From contig CM059433.1 of the NCBI GenBank assembly GCA_030390025.1, positions 12,712,001 to 12,776,000 on the forward strand: a DNA stretch of 64,000 nt. Direction: 5' to 3'. The DNA is from Squalus acanthias (taxonomy: Eukaryota). The notes beneath the pieces were generated by a model that ran no database searches, was not told where the DNA came from, and was given only the letters and a program-made list of their open reading frames with translations. Below, piece after piece: positions 51,511 through 64,000 of the stretch. The first letter of the stretch is position 1. Each line of letters begins with the position of its first letter. Position numbers and translations under genes: made by a program.

Positions 51511-54500
51511 TGCTGGTTTTTATGTCGGGGTACCTAACCGTCAGTCCTAGGTCCCAAGCCCTAGCATCTGGCCTTGTAGCCCAGGCAACTCAGTTCTGTT
51601 TGCACTTATATATACTGGTTTAACTTTTTTTGAATTTTGCGTGCCACAAGTTTTGAAAAGAGCTGCGCATCATTGCTGGGTAAATCCTAAGTCAGAACAT
51701 CAAGGGGTCATTCTGACCTCCCTTCACCCAGCAAGAATGGGTTGGTAGTACCACAAAAATTGCTGGTTATATTTACTGATCCATTCCCACCCAGGTGCCT
51801 CATGATCGATCCAGATGCCCACCTATTTCAGGAGCGAGCCTAATTCTACAGTAATATGTTAATCCAGGTCGTATGACATTCATAGGACCCTGACGCAATT
51901 TCAAGATACCAGTGGGTGTAGCGTGCACGACCTTGACTGGCTTAACTAGCAGCCCTTAAAGGGACCACTGCAGGCCACTTCAAAATGTTCTGGTTTTTTT
52001 CCATGATTTTTGTGGGACCAGCAGGAGCGTAACATCTGCCGCTGGGCTGTCCATGCACCCCTCCCCTCCCCTCCACCACGATTGCTTCCCACTCCCCTGA
52101 TGACAATACTTTTGGTTCGGTTCTGCGGAGAAGCCGCCAGATTTCCCGCCCACCCCGATTAGTGAGCTGTCTGCAGCCACTGGTTCTGAAAAAAATTGTT
52201 GCTCCAGCACCACTGTTGGCACTAGTGGGAGTCTCCCAATCGGAGATGTTCGGAAGAAGAGGGGGGACCGATGGAAGATGCCAGGCAGATATCAGGCCGC
52301 AAGAGAGGTGCTTTATGATCACTCGCTGGTACTAACACACCCACATCTGCAAACGGACCTTACTTTGCTTGTGGGGGGCTACTTTACTCAAAGGAATCTG
52401 GGAAACCAGATCAGATGCCACCACTGCAATATGTGAATGTCTGACCAACCATGATGTTGGATGCACTTTGTTACACTCTGACATGTTTTCAATGTTACTG
52501 TATAAAAGAAGACATACCAAGGTCATTAACAGCCAGTGTACCCTGATTGGCTGTGCAGTCTCCACCACTTATAGCAGGTGCGTTGGTGTTAATGTGATTA
52601 GTCCACTATACGCGTTTGATGGTGTATAATCTTTTACAGGGACTAAGACTTTCCTCGCAAACAGGAGGAGCAGGAGTGCTTCCCCCTGACCTCCCAAGCA
52701 AACCTGTTAACCTCCCCAGCGCTTGAACCCCCCATCCCCCGCTATCCGATGGCCTCCCGATGTCCTCCATGGCCCGCAATGCCATCCCACCCACCCCCAT
52801 GTCCTCCACGGTACCCCTGCGATCTTCTCCCCATCTTCTTCGATCTCTCCCCCCCCCCCGACATCCGATCTCTCCGCCACCCGCCCACCCCATCGATGTC
52901 CCGCCAGACTCCCGATCCCCCCTGGCCTCTCCATTGATGTTCAGCCCCGACCCTCCTCTCCGCTCCCTGGCTGCGTCCTGGTGCTGAAGGTCTACCCACC
53001 CTACAGCTAGCCTCACAATCTGGCTGGCTGTCGGGCGGGAAACGGAGTCCAAAAATGGTAATCGGGTCCTGCCGTTAAATTTGGCAGGACCGGAGGGAAA
53101 CCCGTCCTTCTGGCCCGACCACAGTACTGCCACCCCACCCCCCCCCCCCACCGCACCCTCCCCACCTCCCTGTTAATATCGCGGCCAAAGTGTTCCAAAA
53201 ATCAACAGAAGTAAACAAAGATGTTTAAGTTAGTTGTAGCTCTTTGTAACTGTTTTATTTTTAAAAGAGGTTCCAACAGTGAAGTATTCCTCCCATGTTT
53301 AATCTGCTCTTAGTTGAAAAATATCATGCAAAGCAATAATATATTTTAGTGACCTCATAATGTCTACAAAAAATTGCACTGAATAATATTCAGGAAATGA
53401 TGTTCTCTGTGGGGAAGATTTTCTCTGTGCAACTTCAAAAAAGTATTTTTGTAAAGTTTCTGATTTTACTGCACCCAGTGCACTGAGGAAATATTCCACT
53501 GTATGTATCACAGCAATTTAAAACATAATTTAACTGTACAGTATTTTTCTTCTTTTACAAAAAAGTATTGAATCATTGAGATAATAATTGAATTATGATG
53601 CACTGTACTTAGCTTAAATCTCCTCCCGTACTCCTGAAGAAGCATTTTGCCTGGTAACTTCAGTATTTACCCAATGTGGTTTGCATTTATCAAATCTTAC
53701 CCTATTTTTCATCAGTTTCACAACCTTTATTACTGATTAATTTACATCTATTCCTATTTTTGTTGTAATTATTATTCACAAATACTGTACTAATAAATAA
53801 ATGCTGGCCTTGTCAGCGACGCCCACATCCCATGAACGAATAAAAAAATAAATACATTAAAGTTAGTGGTGTTAAGCTTTGCTGTCCATCTATAGGTTCA
53901 AATAATGATTTGGCTTAAGCATTAATGGAAGATTCCAGTGCCAATAATTAATTTAACCTTGGCCAGTCAACCAAATAAACAATTTGCTGACATTAGGTGA
54001 TATATAGTGGTGGAGACAATTCAATCCATCAATAAACTAGAAGCCTAATTATGCATAAGAGCGTCCAGGTCATGAAAATGTTCATCAGGCTACTATCGCA
54101 GCAGCAGTTCCAGATTCAAAGAAACCTGTACCTATTGTAACATAGTGAGAGCACACAGAAATATCACACCTCTCAGATTGATAGTGATTGTAATAACTTT
54201 TCTCTTTGGCCATTATTAATCATTTCTCTTCATTTGGTCAGCCACATACCACTAAGATCACCCTATGATACCAATGAGGAGAACTGTGAAAGTGATACCT
54301 CATCAAGACAGTCTGAATGCCAATGTTGTCCTAATGTCAATGCCAAGCATGTTATGAGAAGTTTGCCCCTCCTGGGTTTGTTCATTTATCTTCTCTGTTG
54401 CCACCTTCATCTTCATCTTTTCCTGTATCCTAGTTTTGGATACTGCACTAAGAGCCAGTAAGCATTCTGTGCTTTCAGTGGCCATTTCCAGTGCCTGCCC

Positions 54501-56006
54501 TGCATGTCAATGAAGCATGACATTGTCACATGCAGTTCCAGTTTTTCCCTGAATCCATGAGCCTAAAAAGTCACCTCGTGATGCAGGAAGTCATCTGAAA
54601 GCAATGCATTTGATCAATCCAGGGAACCTTGAAATAGCTCTGTGACTTCAATTGTGAGCCATTTTCTCAAGTTATGCAGCTCAATACAATGTGCTGGGAG
54701 TCTTTTAGTAAGAAGCCTGGGACTTCTATATTCTGCAGTTTGAGACTTTTATTGGCTCAGTAAATAACTGATAATGAACGGATATTTAGTAAGGTATCTA
54801 CTGCAGTGGGTCATTAATTTGCTTTTGCATATATGGTGCAGACCCAAAGAACTGACACGGGATTAGGTTAGACCACAGATTTAAAACTAAGCCAATGATA
54901 GGCATGAAAGTCCTTTTGACAATAATTTTAGTGATAACCAATGTGAGTATAAAAGGGAAGTTTTGTCATTTTCAGGTAATTTTAATCCTAATGTTAATAC
55001 CCATAAAATCCAACCACATTAAAAAATGCTTTCTCTGCACTTAAATCGCAAGACTCTTGTCTTCTGTTTTGGCGCAGCTTTCTGCCAATAGTTCAGCATT
55101 ATCAAGTGCCAACATTCAGCTTATTCCGGATCATATTGTGGCTTATAAATACTTGAGAATAGTCATTTAGGTACTACAACATAGCCCAGCACAAAAATTA
55201 GAACTGGCTGGCACTGATACTAGCTCAGGAAGGAACTTCAATATTTGGACTGCTTTGCTCATCCATTTTTATTATAAGGGATCAGCAATGCTGTGAATGA
55301 TATTGTCCAGTACTGGTGTCTTTTACAATAGCTGGATATTAACGACTTTGACTGTAATCCTCATGACTTACATCCACTTTCAGTTGGTCACCTTTTTTGT
55401 TTGGGTTTCCTCATACCATATTTTTGACTCAGTCATCTTCCATAGCTGGTGAATTCTTTGAGCAAACTTATCTACCTAATATTTAAGTCACAGCACATCT
55501 TCTCCTTGTAGGCAAACAGATTCGCAGCTGGCACTGGCATCCAGAGGAAGGATCAGCAAATTCTATCTTATGGAAGATCAACCCTGCTCCGTATAACACA
55601 CAGATAGAATAAACTTATGCCCTTAACTGCTCCCAAAATAGTGTTCCAGTTTCATTTATCTCAGGAGTTAAATTATTTCCTTCCTTGCCCCCTCCCCCAC
55701 ATCTTATTCTTCAGAGATGGAGTGGCATTTTCATTACACTGATGGCATTATAAGTTCAGAAAGCCAAGGGCTCCTGTAAATCAAAGGAATGGTCCACTTC
55801 TTGTGGGGCTTTGGCTGATCTTTAAAGAAGTGGTAAGAAAGTGGCTAATCAACTGGCATGAAAAAAACCTTTTGGAATAATTAAAGGTCATTCTCTCCAT
55901 TCTATCAGTATTTCTTGGGTTAATCCCATAGACGTTAATATTCAAGGCATCGGTAAGCCTATCATATGGAGCAATCCTCATATATTTACTAAGTGTTATT
56001 ATCTAG

Positions 56007-56287
56007 CATGGGGTGTCCAACCTGTGGTCTTGGGGCTTCATGCAGTCCCTGAGTCCTGGAAAATCAGCCCTCAAAGCCCAGGTAATGCAGTCCTATTTAC
56101 ACTTATATCTTTAAATTGCTGGCATTTTTGAATTTTAAGGGCCTGAGGATTTGAAAGAGGATTTTTCTCACACCAAAGTCTGCTAGTATCAGCACTTGTC
56201 ATAAATGCGAATTACTGGGAACATTCATTTAAACTTTATAGATGTGCAATTATGTGGATCACGAAGATACAAGTTTGGACGCACCTG
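56007..56287. mobile_element. Old hAT-Charlie-like MITE
   Basis: Termini ..GGGGTGTCCAA / TTGGACGCACCTG flanked by atctag / atttag. Confidence 0.45.
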
Positions 56288-57585
56288 ATTTAGACCTGTC
56301 TTGAATGTTTGATAATTCTTTACTTAATATAGATATTAGAAATCACCTAACGAGTCCAATTTCTTCATGAGTGATGCAACTTTGTTATAATCCATTCCTA
56401 ACGGTAGGTTTGAATGATCAAGAAAAATAATGTTTTTGCAGTGATTCAGTTATTAATGGACTACCAAGCATGGAATGGAGCCATACAGACCAGGAAGGTC
56501 CCAGGTTTGGTCTGTGGTCTGTAATGAATTCACTGATCTCAGCTGGGGTAATGCAAGGTGTGCTAACAGTTCGCATCACATTCCCTATCTAGGCCCATGC
56601 ATGAAGAATTGCAACTTGGGTGAGTTACTGCAAAGCATCCATGCTCGCTGAACTTTACCCCTGCATTAGTTACAGTCTTCAGAAGAGGAAAGGAGAAAAC
56701 TGGGGCAAAAAAGAACAATGGGGTGGAATTTCCCCGTGAGTTCCCCGATCTCCTGCTGTAACTTCGGCGTAAGATTAGTGGAAACCCCGGAGAAACAGCC
56801 ATTTCTCCAGGGATTTCTGCTGAAGTTATGGTGGCAGGTCAGGAGAACCCATGTGGAAATTACCGGTGTACTTACTTAATGGAATCTTCTTTATCATTCG
56901 ATTAGAAAGCATCCTCCATGCACCGTGCTCCTTACCAACTGGTTATATCTATTTCCTTATCATTGTTCCTATTGTTCAAAATATTTTTGTACCTCATTAA
57001 TTTTTGCGTAGTAGTGTACGGTGCTTCGCTCCTCCTGCAACAGAACTAACAGTGCCCAGGAGAGGCACACCTTTAATATTGTGAGGGAGAGTCACACAGC
57101 TAAAATGGTGACATCAAAAATGTTCGAAATATCTGTAAGGGTTTTGCTTCTTTTTTTCCCCCTCTGTTGATAACCTGGGCTTATCCAAGTGGCATGTTGA
57201 TATTGGAAGAATGAAGAAGGCTGTCATAGATAGCAATTAGGCATTAAGTGTCCTTGAGATGCTCATTAGTAGTCACCTTAGGGATGGTATTGACCATAAT
57301 TCCTTCCAATTTGATCTCACTATATAATTATATTATTTCACCTTAATTCAAATAACAATTGGTACTTTAAAAGTCATGCATTTTCCTTTTTTTGTATGTA
57401 CGTTGTGGCTCCATCCTGATTTATCTGTATCATGGCATAAAGGAAATTGCTCCAATCTTGAGCTAAACTTAATTCGGAATAACATTTTTTGGATAATGAA
57501 TAACTACAGATGACTTCTGTCTTTCTGAATGTTTCAGCCTGATGCTGTTATTTTATGGTAAATAAAATAGCTATTGGAAACCTAA

Positions 57586-57810
<225 letters not shown>

Positions 57811-57951
57811 TAAGCAAGGATTTTACTATAATAGTAGTAACGGCTGAAAAAACATGGAAGGGCTATATTCATAGATTCAAAAATTAGCTGCTTGTCATTC
57901 CCTGTCCCTCTCACTACAAGCACCACCAATAATCAATACTCTAAATAGCAG

Positions 57952-58335
57952 GAACATACATACGAACATACGAATTAGGAGCAGGAGTAGGCCACTCGGC
58001 CCCTCGAGCCTGCTCCGCCATTCAATAAGATCATGGCTGATCTGATTACTCCAGATTCCCGCCTACCCCCGATAACCGTTCACCCCCTTGCTTATCAAGA
58101 ATCTATCTACCTCTGCCTTAAAAATATTCAAAGACTCTGCTTCCACCGCCCTCTGAGGAAGAGAGTTCCAAAGACTCACGACCCTCTGAGAAAAAATTTC
58201 TCCTCATCTCTGTCTTAAATGGGCGACCCCTTATTTTTAAACAGTGACCCCTAGTTCTAGATTCTCCCACAAGAGGAAACATCCTCTCCACATCCACCCT
58301 GTCCAGACCCCTCAGGATCTTATATGTTTCAATAT
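57952..58335 (-). mobile_element. CR1 3' end
   Basis: Minus IETYKILRGLDRVDVERMFPLVGESRTRGHCLKIRGRPFKTEMRRNFFS; (TTCGTATG)-type terminal repeat. Confidence 0.88.
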
Positions 58336-59698
58336 AATTCAACACTTTGCTGAGTTTACAGTTTGTTAATATTAGATAATAAGGGACATGTAGGAATCTC
58401 AGGTTAATACTTTGTCAATTTAAGTTTTGTTCAACAGAGCTATACAACCTCTCCCCCCACCTTTGAAATCAGTACTTAAGTCAATAGTCTCAGGGCACAG
58501 TTCGCAGTATGGTGCACAGACTTATTTATCCTGATGCTGTGTCTGTGTCTGTGTGGGAGGAAATAGAATGGGAGCTATGTTACATTCTCCCAAGAGGTAG
58601 CTTATTGGAGGACTTTCAAAACAAGCCCAACATTTTTTGCTCAATTGTGCGAGCACCCACCTAGATTGTTTTAAAAGCATAAAGCTGGAATGAGAAAAGA
58701 CCAGTTGAGCCATCTAGTCCACGTCTCCCACCGACCGTGTACAGTATATGCTGTTAAGGAGCCTACCCTAGCCACTTAACACTTGAGGGACAGTTCTTCA
58801 TGAACACTCTCTGATTCCGGAAATAATCAAATAATACTCCAGAATGCTGATCCATTCGCACATTTCCACTACTGAACCCTGGCCTGCCATGCCCAACTGA
58901 TAATGTTCCTTCCTCACCCCTCACCGCCCCTCGGCGCCCCCCACCCCCCCCCCCCGCCCCACTTCCCCAAGAACCCCATAGCAGACCATTGTGTCCTGCG
59001 GAGCATTTAATGCATGATCATGAAATGGAAAGTGGAAACTATTCCATTCTCCATCAACTTAATGAGCACTAATTTTCTGATTAGAATTTTCTTTTCATTC
59101 ATCTATTTAGTCAGCACACAATAACTAAAATCACTAGCTCACTCTGTTCGGCTGTGGACTTACATTTTGTCAAATCTTACCACTCACTTTTTCTCTTTCA
59201 CCTCACTTTCTTTCTGGATCGATTGGTTCCTAACATGGCCAGCGATCTTCTAAAAAAAAACCTTTATTTTCAATCTATGGATGATGAATAAAATATATTT
59301 ACATTCAAAATAATGTTATCAGGCTGATTTTTCACAAAACCTAAGGTTAAGAACTTCATCAAAGATTATGAAAAACTCTTTAAGGTGCATTTGAAAAGAC
59401 TGCATTTTATATGAGAATAAAAAGCATTTTGGCCAAAAAATGTGCGGTGATTCTATAAGGATTAGAAGCAGGTCTACATGGATGATTTCACATGCAATGC
59501 TTTTATTTATATAGACTGAGGTGTATGGCTTGTTATTGTGTTGACCAAAAGCTGCACAGTTTAATTACTTTTCTTCTTTCCTGATATTTGCTACAGCTCA
59601 GAAGCAATCAGCCATATGCTTCCAATTCCCCAATGCTTGGTCTTGCGCTACCGTTCCTGCTGCTGTACGAGTGTTTAATTGTTTCTCTGTTCCTGCAG

Positions 59699-59806
59699 TC
59701 TCTCTGGATGCCCCATTGCTGCTGCAGAGAAGCTGGCTAAAGCTCAAGAAAAGCATCATAGCAATGAAGCCACAAAATCGAACCAGGGTTCAGATCGTGT
59801 GTTAAG
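59699..59806 (+). CDS. MYT1L: MYT1L exon, end of zinc finger 3
   Basis: tcctgcag|TC...TTAAG|GTAGGG; (S)[35 protein letters not shown](R); 108 nt, phase 2-2. Confidence 0.96.
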
Positions 59807-60817
59807 GTAGGGGAGACTTGTGTGCTAAAATTCTGACAACTATTTTTTTTTTGCAGAGCTGTGTTTTCCTTCGAACAATAATACAGTGCCACGTTAATGT
59901 TACAAAGCTGGGCACCAATCTGAAGCAAATTATTTGTATTAATTCTTCCTGTCTTGGGACTTTTCCAGCTTTCACAGAAAGACATCTTGCTATTGATACG
60001 CAGTACCTTTATTCATTTTACTAACCAGTTAGTTCACTCCAGATGTGTTTTGTGCTGGGCTGATTCATATTTAGGTTCTGTAACATCAGTATCAGAGAAG
60101 GATTGCTCTGGTCGCTTTGCATAGTGACATTGTTAATACAGTCTTGAAGATTTCTTCTAATTAGTGTTTCTAGAGCAATCAGAAACATGTTGAAAAAGGT
60201 GTTTCTAATTTCTCTAGAAATTGGAACCAGAGGAAATCTTCACAAACACACGTATGATGTTGCTACACCTAGCGACTAGAGCAATTCTTCCCCCAGTGTG
60301 AATCATATTTGGGATATTATCAGTTATTACAATCATTACAATCATTAAAGTGTAGAGCTGCTTTTAGACTATTGCTTGCAGTCTCCTTTACTATGTTAAA
60401 ATTTTCTAATGACATTGATGAACGCTAATCTTTAAAATAACTGGTTAAATACATCCAACCAACCATTAATGAGGACTAGATGATGTTGCCGTCAGTGGTG
60501 TTGCTGAAATGTGTGCAGTCACAACCAATCAGGAAAAGTAGGGCTGATAAAGCACTCTTTTGATTGTTTAAACTCATGAACACAGGGTAGAGGTAGTCAG
60601 CTATCTTGGTGAACTTTCTATTGCATTCATGGCTTAGCTTGTAAGAAGAGGGTCTGTGGTTATCTCACACTACTGATTGCAGATCATGTCACAGAATTTT
60701 AGAAGACAGAACAGTGAGGTTCTTTGACATATGATTGTGTGTTTTATATTATAGTATGTAAAGAAGATGTTTAGAACTGCAGTATTTACATTGGATCAGC
60801 ATAATATTGAAAGATCA

Positions 60818-61687
60818 GGGGGAAAAATTCGGTTGCTTTGTGCCTCCCGTTAGCGCCCTAAGAGGGTGCTAATGGGGCGCAAAGCAACTAGCGCCCGGGC
60901 GCGGCGATGTTTGTGCCGCTCGTGAAATTGACCAGACATTTTGCAGCGGCGCTAAACACTACCGCCACGATCTCCTGCACCCGCAGATCATGACGTCAGT
61001 CAAGCGTGCAACGCCCTGGTAGCGCCCCGGACCAGATATTGAGTGGTGCCCTCTGCCTTTCCGCCTGCCGCTAGCAACGACAGGTTGAGGGGAGCGTTTT
61101 GCAGTTGGGAAGGGACTGGGAGAGTGCTATTTAAAGGCAGCCGCTTCCTGCCTTTTTTTGTTGGCGACATTTTTGCACCATGCATTCTGAGAGAGAGAGA
61201 CAGACTTCTGGAGAGATTTGGGTACTGAGCAGCACTTACAGGTCCATTTTGATTTGACCTACCTTCCATCGATTTAGAAGAGACTATGGGGGCTGTACTC
61301 TGAGCTCTTTCCCTGGGCCTCTCCATTGTTCTTTCCAGCAGAATTGATGTACGGGTCTCTCCAGGCCGAGATTCAAGGCTGCAATGAGCAGACTGTGGAT
61401 GGAGAGCAAGATCGACCCTTCCCTTTAAGAACTGGCCGGCGCCAGTGTGTCTGTGTTCCATTGCTGACTGACATCACATGAGCTTCGCCAGCGCTCTGAG
61501 GTAGCGCCTCGCTCCTCGGCATTAACACCTTAAGGGAGGTGTGTAGCGCCTGATTTAGCGCTCCAATCACCTCCAGCGGTGATAGAAGCCAAGTTTGCAG
61601 TCGGAGGCGATAATTAGCGCCAGGCGTTAAACTTTGCGCCCGGCTGATAATTGCGCCCCAAACGGGGCGATACCGAATTTCTCCCCC
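60818..61687. mobile_element. Harbinger-type MITE
   Basis: TIRs GGGGGAAAAATTCGGT / ACCGAATTTCTCCCCC; homologous to 39008-39804. Confidence 0.82.
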
Positions 61688-62429
61688 GAGATCCAAACTT
61701 TATCTTTGTAAGCATTATGGGCCCTTGCATTCAGGTCACTCTAAAAGCTATTTTACTTTGACCCACATGTGTCAAAATCTGAATGCAAGTTGGGTCACTC
61801 GAACTGTGAGGAGCAGCATAAATTTAATAAATTGGGGGGTGGGGGGAAACCCTATCTCTGCTTGAGAAAAAGATTGAGAAAATATTTTTTTCGTAAGACT
61901 CAACCAAGTAAACAGACAGAGTAAGCAATGGAAAGAGTCATTATATTCTGTGGAGTATTTGACCTTTCAATCTATGCCTATCTCTAAAACCGCTAATCCC
62001 ATTCTCAACCAGATATTTATCCAGGAACTTTCTGAAAAAAAATTAATCAATGCAGCATCGACTGCTTTTGGTTGTCACCTCCCCACAATTACATAGCTGA
62101 AATTTAGTACTCACTAGCAGATGTTTTCCACTTTTTAAAAAACAGGGTGTTAATCTTGCCATGCTTTGTTTATTTTACCAACAAGTAGAAATGTTAATTG
62201 CATAATTTTTCATTTGGGAAAGTTTGTTGTATAGGATTTCATTAGCTTTTCTGGCAGAAACCTGGCTAGTCAGGACTCAGCCGCAATGGTGCCCATTTCA
62301 TGCCTCTCGTGGCTTAACGGCCACTCAACTAGTCAAATAATGGCCAAGTGCACTGATCCACCTCTGGAGAGTGAGGCACTGGAGGAATTAAGCAAGGCAA
62401 TAATTTTGTACATCCTGATTCACTGAGAT

Positions 62430-63583
62430 ATCTGAATGCGTGAAGCATTCACAACAAAATAGATGGATTAATAGCGCAGATAGAAATTAACAGGTTTGAG
62501 CTAATTGCCATTACGGAGACGTGAGTGCAATGGGACCAAGGTTGGGAACTAAATATTCCAGGATGCTTAAGTTTTAGAAGAGATAGGCAAAATGGAAAAG
62601 GAGGAGGGGTAGCCCTGATAATAAAGGATGGGATAAAGACAGTAGAGAGAAAGGATCTTAGCTCCGAAAATCAAGAAGTAGAATCAGTTTGGGTAGAGCT
62701 AAGAAACAGCAAGGGGCAGAAAACATTGGTAGGAGTTGTTTATAGGCCCCCAAACATTAGTTGTAGTGTAGGGCAGAGTATAAATCAGGAAATTAGAGGT
62801 GCATGTAACAAGGGTAATACAGCAATCATGGGGGACTTTAATCTACATATAGACTGGGCAAACCAAATTTGCAGTAGTAGTGTGGAGGACAAATTCGTGG
62901 AATGTATGCAAGATAGTTTTCTAGATCAGTATGTTGAGGAACCAACTAGGGAACAGGCTATTTTAGATCTAGTATTGTGCAACAAGAAAGGGTTAATTAA
63001 TAACCTTGTAGTAAAGGGGCCTTTGGGGAAGAGTGACCATAAGATGATAGAATTTTATATTGAGTTTGAAAGTGATTTAGTTAAATCCGAAACTAGGGTC
63101 TTAAATCTAAACAAAGCAAAGCACGTAGTTATGAGGGGCGAGTTGGCTAAGGTAGATTGGGAAACTTCATTAAAAGGTATGATGGTAGAGAAGCAATGGC
63201 TAGCATTTAAAGAATTAATACATAATATACAACAAATATACATTCCTTTAAGGCACAAAAACTCCACAGGAAAAGTGGTCCAACCTGTGGCTAACAAGAG
63301 AAGTTAAAGATAGTATTAGATCAAAGGAAGAGGCTTATAATGTTAAAGCCTGAGGATTGGGAGGATTTTAGAATTCAGCAAAGGAGGACCAAGAAATTGA
63401 TAAAGAAAGGAAAAATAGAATGAGAGTAAACTAGCGAGAGTCATAAAAACAGACTGTAAAAGCTTCTATAGTTATGTAAAAAGGAAAAGATTAGCAAAAG
63501 TAAATGTGGGTCCCTTACAGGCTGAGACAGGATAAATTATAATGGGGAATAAGGAAATGGCCGAGAAATTAAACAAATACTTT
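62430..63583 (+). mobile_element. CR1 LINE ORF2 fragment (APE endonuclease domain), decayed
   Basis: IAITET*, FRRDRQNGKGGGVAL, VGVVYRPPN, IMGDFN, PTREQAILDLVL, LGKSDH motifs; stops and frameshifts. Confidence 0.92.
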
Positions 63584-64000
63584 GACCGCGATTTTGCCAG
63601 CAGAGGCGGGATCGCGGTGGGAGAGGTGGTTGGCGGATTTCGGTCCTGTTCCTGGCTGCAGCCGCTCTGCAAAAAGGTTTTTCTGTTGATAGGGCTTTTT
63701 AAGCCCGCCCTGCGGGGTAGCCGGCCAATTAAAAGAAAGCAGGTCTGATGACGTCATTTGATGATGTGTCATCAGCCAGTTTCCTTAAAGGGACCATGGC
63801 CGCATTCATTTTGACAGTTGTGCTGTCAGTGTTCTACAGCATTGAGGTGCAACAAACACTGACAAGCACTGCACAGAGGTGCACAGCTGCACCCAGGCTC
63901 TCCCATGACTCCCTCCATATTCTTATAGAGGGAGTCACAGCACACAGGGAGGTTCTCTTCCCTTCCAATGGGCGGAAGAGATCTCCCCAGGAGACTAACG
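63584..64000. mobile_element. Harbinger copy C (same family as A/B, inverted), runs off the window
   Basis: Reverse complement of the right end of copies A/B; interrupts CR1 ORF2 at ..EKLNKYF|. Confidence 0.85.

Noticed and set aside
62525..63307. 260-aa ORF as a host gene
   Set aside because: CR1 APE endonuclease fragment bounded by a stop and a frameshift.

Overview
Eukaryotic vertebrate DNA, most likely a cartilaginous fish (shark), inferred from the repeat content: CR1 and L2 LINE tails, a SacSINE1/DeuSINE-like SINE, Penelope-like elements and many PIF/Harbinger elements. The window lies inside one + strand gene, MYT1L (neuronal C2HC zinc-finger factor). Five internal coding exons with canonical, phase-compatible splice sites were found: 29021-29319, 31115-32092, 45524-45658, 57719-57809 and 59699-59806. 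The gene start and end are outside the window. The introns are packed with nested transposon relics. The most striking non-coding signal is a set of Penelope-like (PLE) fragments carrying minimal hammerhead ribozyme motifs. One is a TSD-flanked insertion with a perfect 81-bp inverted repeat. A 52-bp sister insertion starts within 1 nt of the predicted ribozyme cleavage site. Also notable: a sense-strand G-U-containing hairpin, a perfect 47-bp templated inversion, a solo LTR, a two-domain 19-bp G-rich minisatellite, and candidate poison/NAGNAG splice acceptors. Family names come from recalled sequence knowledge, not database searches, and boundaries of degraded repeats are approximate.
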